A stretch of DNA of 36,128 bases from an uncultured bacterium (GTDB taxonomy: Bacteria; CAZSTA01): positions 1 through 36,128 of the forward strand of contig CAZSTA010000011.1 in assembly GCA_964609495.1 (NCBI GenBank). The letters are read 5' to 3'. Below are positions 1-9,452 of this stretch, piece by piece. Below the pieces are notes generated by a model that was not told the origin of the DNA, searched no databases, and worked only from the letters and a program-made list of their open reading frames with translations. Both the position numbers and the translations under genes were made by a program. Numbering within the stretch: position 1 is the first letter of the stretch; every line of letters starts with the position of its first letter.

Positions 1-71
1 ACCGAGATCGATTTTCGATCTAGCCTGAACTCGGGTTCGGAGATTTTTCCCTCAAAGGAGGTCGAAGCTAA

Positions 72-1997
72 ATGAAGAAAGTTTTGGTTCTTTTTTGTCT
101 GCTAGTTGCGTTGTTCATAACCTATACCGCTTATGCTCAAGATGTATCGGAGTTATTCCGTTGGGGATACTATGCCTATCTCAAGCATGATTATGATCAA
201 GCCCACGAGCTTTTGGAGAAAGCGGTGGAAAGAGCGCCTCAGTATATTATCGCTCACTACTGGCTGGGGAGAACCTACGAGAAGCTAGGGAAGAATGAGG
301 AGGCAATTGAAGAGTTTGAGATTGTGCTTGAGTTACAACCGGACTATGAGGATACTGCCAAAAGGATAGATAAGCTCCTCTCTTCGAAGGAGGTGGCAGT
401 TGCCCCCCCAAAGGTTGAAGAGGAGAGGGTGGTGATGGAGGAGCGACCCCCGCTCGAGGTAAAGGAATTAAAGGAAGAGGAGAGGGTAGTGGAAGAGGTC
501 CCGCTTGCATACGGAATAGCTCCAGATGTATCCTCTATAACTCCAGAGTTCATTCAGGAGGAACTGGATAGAGGAGGCTCACTATCTGAGCCACTATTCG
601 CTAAATATCGCGAGGGCTTAGAGTTGATGGCTGGTGGAGATATGGATAACGCGGCTAAGAGATTCGGAGAGGTGATCATCGGAGATAGAAACTTCGCTGA
701 AGCCTACTATCTTAGAGGGCTTACTTATTGGTTCAGGCGCGATAGCGGAAAGGGGACGAAGAGGTATTATCTCAATCAAGCCAAGATTTGGCTCTCCAAG
801 GCACTAGCCAGAGATCCTTCTCATGTAGAGGCCCAGAGAATGTTACTTGTAATTCAAGCTGACGAGGAAAAAATTCCCCTAGAACCCATTATAGCTCCTA
901 AGGAGGAGAGAGAGGAAGTATCAGTCGCAGTGTTTAAGATCAAGCCTGAAGAGCTCCCCTCGCTTGAGGTAACCCCCAAGATAGAAGAGGAGCGTCCCAG
1001 ACCAGAGATCACCCGACCAAGAATCACTCCTACTATTCCTAAGGTCACTGGAGAGAGGATAGAGGCGCCAGCCGAGATTGTCAAACTAGAGTATAAATAC
1101 AACGAGGGTGATATGTCCCGCTATAAGCTGGATGTAGGTATGGATATTAATTTAGAGGGTCTTGAGGAGCTACTTGGCGGGTTATTCCCTGCTGAAGCCC
1201 AAGCAGGATTGGGAGGAGAAGCGTCGCAATTACCTGAGACTATTAATATGAACTTGAATATGGTGATGCGTCAGGAGATATTGGATGTCACTGAGGCTGG
1301 AGTAGTAACTATGAGACAGACCGTTGAGAGGATGATGGTCGATCTCATGGGGGAGATACAAAGTCTTGATGAAGTGACTGGCGAGCCGATAACTGTGAAG
1401 ATAGATAAGGATGGCAGAGTTCTATCTGTATCAGGATTAGAGGACTTAGAGCAGCAAATAGGTCAGTCGATTGAGATGACACAAGGGCTTCAGCAGCAAT
1501 TCCAAGCGCTACTTCCCTCTCAAGAGGTAGATATAGGGAGTTCCTGGACGACTGAGCAAAGTCAAGAGATTCCTGATTTTGGAGAGATGAAATTCCAGAC
1601 AAAATATACTCTGGCTGGTTTCGAGAGGGTAAAGGGATATGATTGCGCTCGGATCGATCTGAATATGACAGGAAGTGTGATCGGTAAAGGCACTGGGGGT
1701 GCTGGAGCGGCAGAAGAGATGGCTGGGCTACCCTTTGAAGATATGAGTATGGATCTCTCGGGAAATTTATCTGGTGATGGAGTTGTATATTTTGCTCCTG
1801 ATGAGGGCAAGCTGATTGGCACCTACAGTGATATGGATATAGACTTTAGGCTGAAGATGGATATAAAGATGGATACAAGTGCGATGCAAGAGAGTATGGA
1901 AGGTATGGAGGATATGTTCAAAGGTATGATGCAGGATAGTTTCGAAATGGATCTAAAACTGAAGATGAAGATGGCTGTCAATATGGAGTTGCTATAA
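72..1997 (+). CDS. Exported TPR protein with Glu/Pro-rich linker and C-terminal beta-rich (DUF6263-like) domain
   Basis: Signal peptide ending AYA-Q; TPR motifs (AHYWLGRTYEKLGKNEEAIEEFEIVLELQPDY, AEAYYLRGLTY); C-terminal LEYKYNEGD...LPSQEVDIGSSWT; RBS AAGGAGG. Confidence 0.75.
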   Translation: MKKVLVLFCLLVALFITYTAYAQDVSELFRWGYYAYLKHDYDQAHELLEKAVERAPQYIIAHYWLGRTYEKLGKNEEAIEEFEIVLELQPDYEDTAKRIDKLLSSKEVAVAPPKVEEERVVMEERPPLEVKELKEEERVVEEVPLAYGIAPDVSSITPEFIQEELDRGGSLSEPLFAKYREGLELMAGGDMDNAAKRFGEVIIGDRNFAEAYYLRGLTYWFRRDSGKGTKRYYLNQAKIWLSKALARDPSHVEAQRMLLVIQADEEKIPLEPIIAPKEEREEVSVAVFKIKPEELPSLEVTPKIEEERPRPEITRPRITPTIPKVTGERIEAPAEIVKLEYKYNEGDMSRYKLDVGMDINLEGLEELLGGLFPAEAQAGLGGEASQLPETINMNLNMVMRQEILDVTEAGVVTMRQTVERMMVDLMGEIQSLDEVTGEPITVKIDKDGRVLSVSGLEDLEQQIGQSIEMTQGLQQQFQALLPSQEVDIGSSWTTEQSQEIPDFGEMKFQTKYTLAGFERVKGYDCARIDLNMTGSVIGKGTGGAGAAEEMAGLPFEDMSMDLSGNLSGDGVVYFAPDEGKLIGTYSDMDIDFRLKMDIKMDTSAMQESMEGMEDMFKGMMQDSFEMDLKLKMKMAVNMELL

Positions 1998-2003
1998 GCT
2001 ATC

Positions 2004-2033
2004 AAAGCTGATTGCCGTCTGGCAATCAGCTTT
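2004..2033 (+). terminator. Stem-loop, possible terminator or mRNA-stabilising hairpin
   Basis: Perfect 13-bp stem AAAGCTGATTGCC-gtct-GGCAATCAGCTTT just after the stop codon. Confidence 0.55.
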
Positions 2034-2057
2034 CTAATTTACAGTGAGGGGGACGAG

Positions 2058-3557
2058 ATGAATATGCTAAATAAAATAGTTCTCGGTATTATCATTGTGG
2101 CTGTTATCTTAAATGTTACTACTAGCTATGCGAACTCGGAAAGATATACTGTTCAGGTGGGAGCTTACCAGGAGTTAGCGATGGCTCGCAGTATAGCTAT
2201 AAAACTTTTGAAGGACAAATACTCAGCCTATTTAGAGATCGTTGATTTTGAGGATGGAAAGAGGGTCTATCGCGTGCGAGTTGGCATCTTCGATAATAGG
2301 ACGGAGGCTGAAAAGGTGGGGGGGGAGCTTAAAGCGAAGTTCGGCTATAATTATTTCGCAACTCCAGTGATAACTGAAAAGGAACTGGGGGAGGGAAAAG
2401 TGCCGAAAGAAGCTGGAGTACTCAAGATATCACGGCGAGTTCCCACTCCCTTGTCCGGGGAATTGGTCTTAGCCGACAGCAGAATGGTAGCGGATTTTCA
2501 ACACAGTAATTTTACCGACTTTCAATGGTCTCTCAATGGCGATAAGATCCTCTTCGAGAAGCAACAAGGTGATATAAGCTCTCTCTGGCTGGTGGATATG
2601 AAGGATATCGGCACCAAGCAATTAACCGATAAGGGGAGTAAGAAATTCTCCTGGTCACCAGACGGAAAATATGTTCTCTATCTGGAGGGAACAAAGGAAA
2701 AGATCGATTGGTTCGATATCTCAGTAGTGGAGATAAAGAGTGGAGAGAAGAAGAGGCTCACTATAAAGGAGGAGAACGTTAATTGGACGGTTGATGAACC
2801 CTCTTGGTCACCAGATGGGAGCAGAATAGCCTATCTTTATCGCCCTAGGTTAACTCAGCCTCTCAATGGCTGTGATCTTTGGACGATGGATAGCGATGGG
2901 GGGAATAAATTGCTCCTCTCTTATGAGGATGATGGGATAACTGCATATAGTTGGTCTCCAACCGAGAAGGAATTGCTATACGAGAAGCTCAGGAGGATAG
3001 ATGGGGATAGACTCGTAAGAAATATCTGGAAGATGGACGCAATGGGAGTGGATAAGAGAGATCTAACTGATTTTCCCAGAGATTCCTATAAAGCCCTCTG
3101 GTCTCCATCGGGAACTAAGATCGCTTATATAATGGAGAGGGGAGTATGGACTATGAACTCCGATGGTAGCAATAAGGCGATTTTAGTTGCGGGAAGTGGA
3201 GATATATCCTTCTCCTGGTCTCCCGCAGGAGATAGGTTAGCTCTTCTATTCCCTTCGGAATTGTGGACTATAAGGACTAATGGGGAGGATAAGACTCTCC
3301 TAGCCAAAGGTAAGATCTTCTATTCCTGGTCTCCTACGGGAGATCGAATAGGCTATCTAGTCGTCAATGAGAATGGCGTTGAGGTTTGGATAGCTGACGA
3401 TGATGGAAAGACGAGAACTAATCTCATCACTAAAAGAGGATTTACAACTTCTTGGGCTCCCCGCTGGTCTCCCAATGACAATGAGATCGCTATTATCCTA
3501 GAGGCGAAAGGGACTAAGGAACTAAAATTGCTTGTGCTGAGCTTGGGATGGAAGTAG
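2058..3557 (+). CDS. Exported SPOR-domain protein with TolB/PD40-type beta-propeller
   Basis: Signal peptide; SPOR motif YTVQVGAY...YRVRVGIFDNRTEAEK; eight WSPxG-like blade motifs. Confidence 0.85.
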   Translation: MNMLNKIVLGIIIVAVILNVTTSYANSERYTVQVGAYQELAMARSIAIKLLKDKYSAYLEIVDFEDGKRVYRVRVGIFDNRTEAEKVGGELKAKFGYNYFATPVITEKELGEGKVPKEAGVLKISRRVPTPLSGELVLADSRMVADFQHSNFTDFQWSLNGDKILFEKQQGDISSLWLVDMKDIGTKQLTDKGSKKFSWSPDGKYVLYLEGTKEKIDWFDISVVEIKSGEKKRLTIKEENVNWTVDEPSWSPDGSRIAYLYRPRLTQPLNGCDLWTMDSDGGNKLLLSYEDDGITAYSWSPTEKELLYEKLRRIDGDRLVRNIWKMDAMGVDKRDLTDFPRDSYKALWSPSGTKIAYIMERGVWTMNSDGSNKAILVAGSGDISFSWSPAGDRLALLFPSELWTIRTNGEDKTLLAKGKIFYSWSPTGDRIGYLVVNENGVEVWIADDDGKTRTNLITKRGFTTSWAPRWSPNDNEIAIILEAKGTKELKLLVLSLGWK

Positions 3558-3712
3558 CTAAACGAAAGGTTATAGTTGTAATGAGGGTAGTAATCTCTTA
3601 GCTACTCTAAATTGCGAACTGGAGATAAAGTAAATAGATTATTCGCTCTCAGGTCTAAGATAGGTCTGAGAGCTTAGCTGTTAGAAGATATAAATCAAAT
3701 TGAGGTGAGAGT

Positions 3713-4870
3713 ATGCAATTAGATATGGACTTTGAGGAACATAACGCCGAGGTCAAGAAAGTTTGGGAGGCTTTTAACAAGGGAAATCCGATCAGAGTTC
3801 CCATAGTTTTCAATTTCAGCCATAGATTTATTATTCTCAATAGGGAATTGAATCCAGATAATATAACCTTCGAACAATATATGAATAACCCGGAGCTGAT
3901 GATCAAACTCCAGTTGGCTCTGAAGAAGTGGCTTCGCTTTAACGTCCTGCAAGATATGGAGATGGGATCTCCCAAGACGAGATGGGAGGGTCTATATGTC
4001 GATCTTCAAAATATCTATGATGCGGCTTGGTTTGGTTGTTCGATAAAATATATCGAGGGAGATGTTCCTGATACTATCCCGATGCTTCAGGAGGATAAGA
4101 ATAGATTATATGAGCTTGAGCTCCCCGATCCTATATATGGAAACCTGATGGGCAGGGCTTACGAGTTATATGAGCAGATGAGCAAGATCGCTTATAATAT
4201 GGAATACGAGGGCTTGCCTGTAGGCCCAGTAGCGATTCCCGGGCAAGGGACAGATGGGCCTTTCACTGCGGCCGCTAGTCTTAGAGGGGCTACGGAGATC
4301 TGTTTAGATCTCTATGAAGATCCCAATTATGTCCATGAGCTTTTGGATTTTATCACTTCGGGGATAATTCTCAGGATGAAAGCCTGGATGGATTTCGCGG
4401 GAAGGGAATATCCGATGGATAACTGGGGTTTCGCTGATGATAGTGCTCAGCTCCTCTCAACGGATATGTATAGGGAGTTCATCCTTCCCTATCATAAGCG
4501 TCTATATGATAACTTTGCCAAACCAGGGAGTAGGATAAGTATTCATCTTTGTGGTGATGCTCAGCACCTTTTCCCAACCCTGCGCGACGAATTGAACGTA
4601 TATAGCTTCGATACTGGTTTTCCCACTGATCTAGCCAGGGCCCGAATGGAGTTGGGCCCAGATGTCCTGCTCAGAGGTAATATCCACCCGGAGCTATTGC
4701 GTGTTGGCCCCCCCGAGGAAATAGAGAAAACGGTCAAGGCTCTCCTCCAATCAGGAGTTATGGAGGGAGGAAGGTTTATCCTCTGTGAGGGAAATAATGT
4801 TGCTCCTTTTACTCCCCCGGAGCACCTTAAGGTTATGTTCGATGCTGGCAGGAAATATGGAAAATATTGA
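3713..4870 (+). CDS. Uroporphyrinogen decarboxylase (URO-D/CIMS-like) family protein
   Basis: DGPFTAAASLRG, FADDS, IHLCGD, GNIHP, GGRFILCEGNN motifs. Confidence 0.85.
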   Translation: MQLDMDFEEHNAEVKKVWEAFNKGNPIRVPIVFNFSHRFIILNRELNPDNITFEQYMNNPELMIKLQLALKKWLRFNVLQDMEMGSPKTRWEGLYVDLQNIYDAAWFGCSIKYIEGDVPDTIPMLQEDKNRLYELELPDPIYGNLMGRAYELYEQMSKIAYNMEYEGLPVGPVAIPGQGTDGPFTAAASLRGATEICLDLYEDPNYVHELLDFITSGIILRMKAWMDFAGREYPMDNWGFADDSAQLLSTDMYREFILPYHKRLYDNFAKPGSRISIHLCGDAQHLFPTLRDELNVYSFDTGFPTDLARARMELGPDVLLRGNIHPELLRVGPPEEIEKTVKALLQSGVMEGGRFILCEGNNVAPFTPPEHLKVMFDAGRKYGKY

Positions 4871-4891
4871 TCTGATTTAGGAGGATGAGTA

Positions 4892-6067
4892 GTGAATCCC
4901 AAAGTACTAACCTATCTTGGTTATCTAGGCTTCATAACGATCGGCATAGTGGGGACTATCATCGGTCCTACTCTGCCTTATCTGATGTCAGATTTCAAAC
5001 TAAATTTAGCTCAAGCTGGAGCGATATTCTTTCTTCAATTTCTTGGATATATAATCGCGGTTCTATCAGGCGGGATCATCTCCGATATCGTAGGCAAGAG
5101 GCGAGTTATCTTATCTGGCGTGGCATCGGTAGCCATTGGGGAGCTTCTTTTCAGCATAGCAGGAAGTTGGCTTCTTATCCTATTCTTCACCTTTCTCGGG
5201 GGATTAGGTTTTGGGATTATCGACGGCGGATTCAATGCTATGATATCCGATCTCAATAAGGATAGGAGAGGATCGGCTCTAAATCTGCTCCATGTCTTTT
5301 GGGGAGTAGGAGCTTTAGGAGGACCTTTCCTGACTGGTATTGTTCTCTCTGCTGGAATAAGCTGGCGATATCCATTCCTTGCCACTGGTATAATAGCTAC
5401 GATATTATTTATCTTGCTCTTCCTCCAGGAATTTCCATCTCTTCCTCCAGAGGATCGGATAAATGGCAAGGAGTTTATCGTCCTAATTAGAAGAAGAGTA
5501 TTCGTTCTCTGGGCCTTGGCGATGGCGCTATATGTGGGCATAGAGATGGGAGTTAGCGGTTGGGTATGCACTTACTTGGAGAAGATGCTTGCTTTCCCTA
5601 CTGCTTCTGCTTCAAAAGTGCTTTCTCTATTCTGGATGGGGATTATGATCGGAAGGTTGGTATCGAGTAGGATCTTAAAGAAACTCGATTATAATCGCCT
5701 CGTCTTGATATGTATGAGTGGGTCATTTTTCTCATTATTGCTAGCTCTGTTTATTCCTAATCCTATAATCTCCGCGTTTTGGTTTGCTATGACCGGATTT
5801 TTCTTCTCCGCTATCTTTCCTACTATCGTAGCTATCGCTAGTAGCTACCTCCCTCGTTATTCGGGGACGGTAGTGGGGACTCTAATAGCGGCAGGAGGAT
5901 TAGGAGGTATGCTTTTCCCCTGGTTGTTAGGAATAATCGCACAAAGATCGAATCTGCGTTGGGCGCTATTGAGTGGCTCCGTATTAATTATAGGGATGTT
6001 ACTCGCTCAGATATCGGCTGTAGCTCAGATGAATAAGCAGAAGGTAGAGATTAAATCTGAAATTTAA
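4892..6067 (+). CDS. MFS transporter (FucP/TsgA-like)
   Basis: About 12 hydrophobic segments; motif A GIISDIVGKRR; ALNLLHVFWGVGALGGP; LYVGIE; SAIFPT. Confidence 0.9.
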   Translation: MNPKVLTYLGYLGFITIGIVGTIIGPTLPYLMSDFKLNLAQAGAIFFLQFLGYIIAVLSGGIISDIVGKRRVILSGVASVAIGELLFSIAGSWLLILFFTFLGGLGFGIIDGGFNAMISDLNKDRRGSALNLLHVFWGVGALGGPFLTGIVLSAGISWRYPFLATGIIATILFILLFLQEFPSLPPEDRINGKEFIVLIRRRVFVLWALAMALYVGIEMGVSGWVCTYLEKMLAFPTASASKVLSLFWMGIMIGRLVSSRILKKLDYNRLVLICMSGSFFSLLLALFIPNPIISAFWFAMTGFFFSAIFPTIVAIASSYLPRYSGTVVGTLIAAGGLGGMLFPWLLGIIAQRSNLRWALLSGSVLIIGMLLAQISAVAQMNKQKVEIKSEI

Positions 6068-6123
6068 GTAGTTTCAAATAAATATTGGTTATTCTTAGTT
6101 TTCCGCTGAGTTCAAGATATAAA

Positions 6124-6229
6124 TTCCCCCTCACCCTATCCCTCTCCCACGAGGGGAGAGGGAACATCGAGATTAAGACTGCTTCCTTTGTTTTCCCCTC
6201 CCTTGATGGGAGGGGTTAGGGGAGGGTGA
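6124..6229 (+). repeat. Paired boxC/triplex-motif-like element, copy 1
   Basis: CCCCCTCACCCTATCCCTCTCCC-ACGAG-GGGAGAGGG, ~30-nt spacer, then CCCCTCCC-TTGAT-GGGAGGGGTTAGGGGAGGGTGA; three more copies in the window. Confidence 0.9.
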
Positions 6230-6299
6230 TTTAAGGGGAGTTCGAGCTTTAACAAGAGAAGAATCTTCAATAGTCCTATTAATAAGGGAGAAATTGAGA

Positions 6300-6511
6300 A
6301 TGGAAAGGATAATAATTGATAAAGCGGTAAGGCATGGACAACCTATAGTTAGAGGTACCAGAGTCCGGTAAGCATAGTATTGGGATCTTTAGCTGGAGGG
6401 ATGGATTTTGAGGAAATTTGTGAAGAATATGGGGTAACTCGTGAAGATATTCTGGCTTGTTTAGATTACGCGGCAAAAATGATAGAATCTGAGCAGGTAT
6501 ATATGATCTAG
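6300..6511 (+). pseudogene. DUF433 family antitoxin-like gene with a 1-nt frameshift
   Basis: MERIIIDKAVRHGQPIVRGTRV then stop; restoring one base at ~6365 continues PVSIVLGSLAGGMDFEEICEEYGVTREDILACLDYAA to give 70 aa; RBS AAGGGAG. Confidence 0.85.
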
Positions 6512-6551
6512 GTGATGCAAAAGGTGTTAAATAACAAGAAAGGGGAGAAAA

Positions 6552-9434
6552 GTGAGGGATGATTTCTCTACACTGAACCTAGAGGGTGAGCTATATAGAC
6601 GCTTCGGTTATACCTCCTTCCGCCTTGGTCAAAAGGAGGTAATTTCCAATATCCTGGAGGGAAGAGATGTTCTAACTATTATGCCTACTGGAGCTGGGAA
6701 GTCTATATGTTATCAGTTATCTGCTTGTCTGTTGGAAGGAGTTACGCTGGTCGTTTCTCCTCTTATCGCCTTGATGAAGGATCAAGTTGATTCTCTCCTA
6801 GATAAGCGAGTAGGAGGGGTTACGCTGATCAACAGCTTCTTGACCTCTCATCAGCGGGAGGAGAGGGCTCATCAGATAATTAAGGGATATTATAAGCTAG
6901 TTTATATAGCTCCAGAGAGATTCCGAGATAGACAATTCGTCTCCGCCCTCTCGCATAGCTCGATCTCCCTTCTCGTTGTAGATGAAGCTCACTGTATCTC
7001 CCAATGGGGACATGACTTTCGTCCTGATTATCTCTACCTCCGAACTGCAAAAGAGAGGTTGGGATATCCTCAAGTTCTAGCTTTGACTGCAACCGCCACG
7101 CCTGAAGTTCAAGATGATATAACTCTCCAATTGGGTATGAGGGACCCAGAGAAGATAATCACTGGATTCGATCGACCAAACTTAAACTTCGAGTTGTTGA
7201 TAACTCCCCAAGAATATGATAAACTCAAGGCTCTGGAGCGCTTCTTCTCGCGACCACGAGGATCGGGAATAATCTATACCGGGACTCGCCGGGAGACGGA
7301 AAAGGTCGCCAAATTCCTATATGAATTTGGATTGAAAGCGGATTTCTATCATGCCGGAATGGAGACGACTGAGAGGATAAGGGTCCAAGAGGGATTTATG
7401 GAGGACAGGATCGAGGTGGTAGTTGCCACTAATGCCTTCGGAATGGGGATAGATAAACCTGATATTCGCTATATCATTCATTATAATATGCCAGGCACGG
7501 TTGAAGCCTATTATCAAGAGGCGGGACGAGCGGGAAGGGATGGCGAACTGGCTGACTGTATTCTTCTCTATTCCTCTAAGGATCATTCGCTCCAAAGATG
7601 GTTTATCAACAACGATATGCCTGCGGAAGAGGAACTTATAAGTATCTATCAGATGATATATGAGGCTAGAAGAGGTTCGCTAGCTCTGATATCCTCTGAG
7701 GAGATAGAGCAGAGGAGTGGTTTAAGCGATACCAAGATTCGAGTGGGTATAAGCGAGCTTGAAAAGGCTGGATACCTCGAAAGGCTCTCAGACTGCTCGA
7801 CCAGTGGATATGTAAGACTCCTTCCCCAGAAGAATGTTTCCGTTCTTCCCCCTGTATTAATCCACCTTCAGGAGAATTTAGGTTGGAGGGTGGGAGGGCT
7901 CTCCTCCCTCGACTTCGATCGATTGGAGGAGATATTTCAAAACGATCGTTCTTCGGTCGAGAATATCCTTTGGGATTTGCATTATCAAGGATATATCGAG
8001 TTTCGTTCCACATCCAGAGCTATGGCCTTTCGCCTGTTACATCCCGAGATCTCTCCTGAGTTTCTATCTCATTTCGACTTACTCAAAAAGATCAGAAGGA
8101 GGAAAGGGAGAAGACATGCTAAACTAGATAGGATGATAGCCTATGCTCAGACGAAGGAGTGTCGGCGATACTTCATACGATCTTACTTTGGAGAGAAAAG
8201 CGTAAACGACAGTTGCTCAGCGTGTGACAACTGCCGAAGGAGGAAACTCGTAAAAATAGATATAAATAAGGAGAGAGAGCTATTTGAAAGGCTTAAACGG
8301 TTTAGGATGAAAGCGGCGAAAGCCGAGGATGTTCCTGCCTTTGTGATATTTCACGATAAAGTGTTAGAGGAGATAGCTAGACAGAGACCTATTAACCTGG
8401 AGGAGTTGGGAAATATAAGGGGAGTAGGTCCTAGGAAGCTGGCTAATTACGGAGAGGAAGTAATTAAGATCGTAGATGAATTTGGCTCGGAAGAAGAAAT
8501 ATCAATTGCAAACGATGGAAGGGAGAAGCTATTAAATACTGTAAGAGCCACCTTAGAGCTATATGAGTGTGGCTTATCGCCTGAGGAGATAGCTGAACAG
8601 AGAGTTCTAAAGAGTGAAGATATATATCTTCATTTAGCCAAGTTAATCGGGGAGGGCTTTATTGGATTAGATAGACTAGTAGCTGATGAGATGAGGGATA
8701 GGATAGAGAAGGCGGCTTTAGAGAGCAGAGAAACGAGGTATCTAAGCCCCATAAAATCTCTCCTGCCCGAGGTCTCATACGATGAGATAAAATTGGTTTT
8801 GGCTTATATGAAAGCTAAAAGGGAGGGAAAGCTCAACATTAGAAGGAGCAAAGCTGAGAAGTTTTTATCCGCCACTTATTCTAAGGAGATCAAAGGGAAA
8901 TTCGATAAGGGATATGCGCTAGATTTCAACAGCAACTTTTTTGGGGATCATTGGGAGCGGACTCCGATTGGGGAGCTAACCTATCAGTTTAAATATAATG
9001 GCAAAAGGGAATTAGCGGATATCTTGGCGGATAAGGTCATCGATTTTCTCGAAGATCATCCCGACTTCGCCTCGGTGGATTTCCTTCTCCCGACCCCCCC
9101 TAGTATCAGGGATAGGGAATATGATCCTATGACGGAGCTAGCCGAGATGATTCACAACAAAAGCGATATACCTCTAATGAATAAAGTTGTTGAGAAGATA
9201 AGGGATACCCAGCCGATGAAGGATATGCAGAATATGATCCAGAAGGCGAATAATATCAAAGGTGCTTTTCGAGTTATCGATCCAGTGAAGATCGAGGGTA
9301 GGCGGATATTGATCATAGATGATCTATACGACTCTGGAGCTACAGTCGATGAATTCACTCGGACTTTGAAGAGGGCTTCCGCTAAAGGGGTATATGTCTT
9401 GACCTTAACTAAGACCATCCATAAAACCGACTAA
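6552..9434 (+). CDS. recQ: RecQ-family helicase with HRDC, HTH_40-like and C-terminal ComF-like phosphoribosyltransferase domains
   Basis: MPTGAGKSICYQ, DEAHCISQWGHDFRP, YYQEAGRAGRDG; Zn motif CRR...CSACDNC; HRDC VPAFVIFHDKVL; PRPP loop ILIIDDLYDSGAT. Confidence 0.92.
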   Translation: MRDDFSTLNLEGELYRRFGYTSFRLGQKEVISNILEGRDVLTIMPTGAGKSICYQLSACLLEGVTLVVSPLIALMKDQVDSLLDKRVGGVTLINSFLTSHQREERAHQIIKGYYKLVYIAPERFRDRQFVSALSHSSISLLVVDEAHCISQWGHDFRPDYLYLRTAKERLGYPQVLALTATATPEVQDDITLQLGMRDPEKIITGFDRPNLNFELLITPQEYDKLKALERFFSRPRGSGIIYTGTRRETEKVAKFLYEFGLKADFYHAGMETTERIRVQEGFMEDRIEVVVATNAFGMGIDKPDIRYIIHYNMPGTVEAYYQEAGRAGRDGELADCILLYSSKDHSLQRWFINNDMPAEEELISIYQMIYEARRGSLALISSEEIEQRSGLSDTKIRVGISELEKAGYLERLSDCSTSGYVRLLPQKNVSVLPPVLIHLQENLGWRVGGLSSLDFDRLEEIFQNDRSSVENILWDLHYQGYIEFRSTSRAMAFRLLHPEISPEFLSHFDLLKKIRRRKGRRHAKLDRMIAYAQTKECRRYFIRSYFGEKSVNDSCSACDNCRRRKLVKIDINKERELFERLKRFRMKAAKAEDVPAFVIFHDKVLEEIARQRPINLEELGNIRGVGPRKLANYGEEVIKIVDEFGSEEEISIANDGREKLLNTVRATLELYECGLSPEEIAEQRVLKSEDIYLHLAKLIGEGFIGLDRLVADEMRDRIEKAALESRETRYLSPIKSLLPEVSYDEIKLVLAYMKAKREGKLNIRRSKAEKFLSATYSKEIKGKFDKGYALDFNSNFFGDHWERTPIGELTYQFKYNGKRELADILADKVIDFLEDHPDFASVDFLLPTPPSIRDREYDPMTELAEMIHNKSDIPLMNKVVEKIRDTQPMKDMQNMIQKANNIKGAFRVIDPVKIEGRRILIIDDLYDSGATVDEFTRTLKRASAKGVYVLTLTKTIHKTD

Positions 9435-9452
9435 ATAGAAGGAGAATCTTAT

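Noticed and set aside
6279-6476. 65-aa minus-strand ORF
   Set aside because: Antisense shadow of the DUF433 pseudogene.
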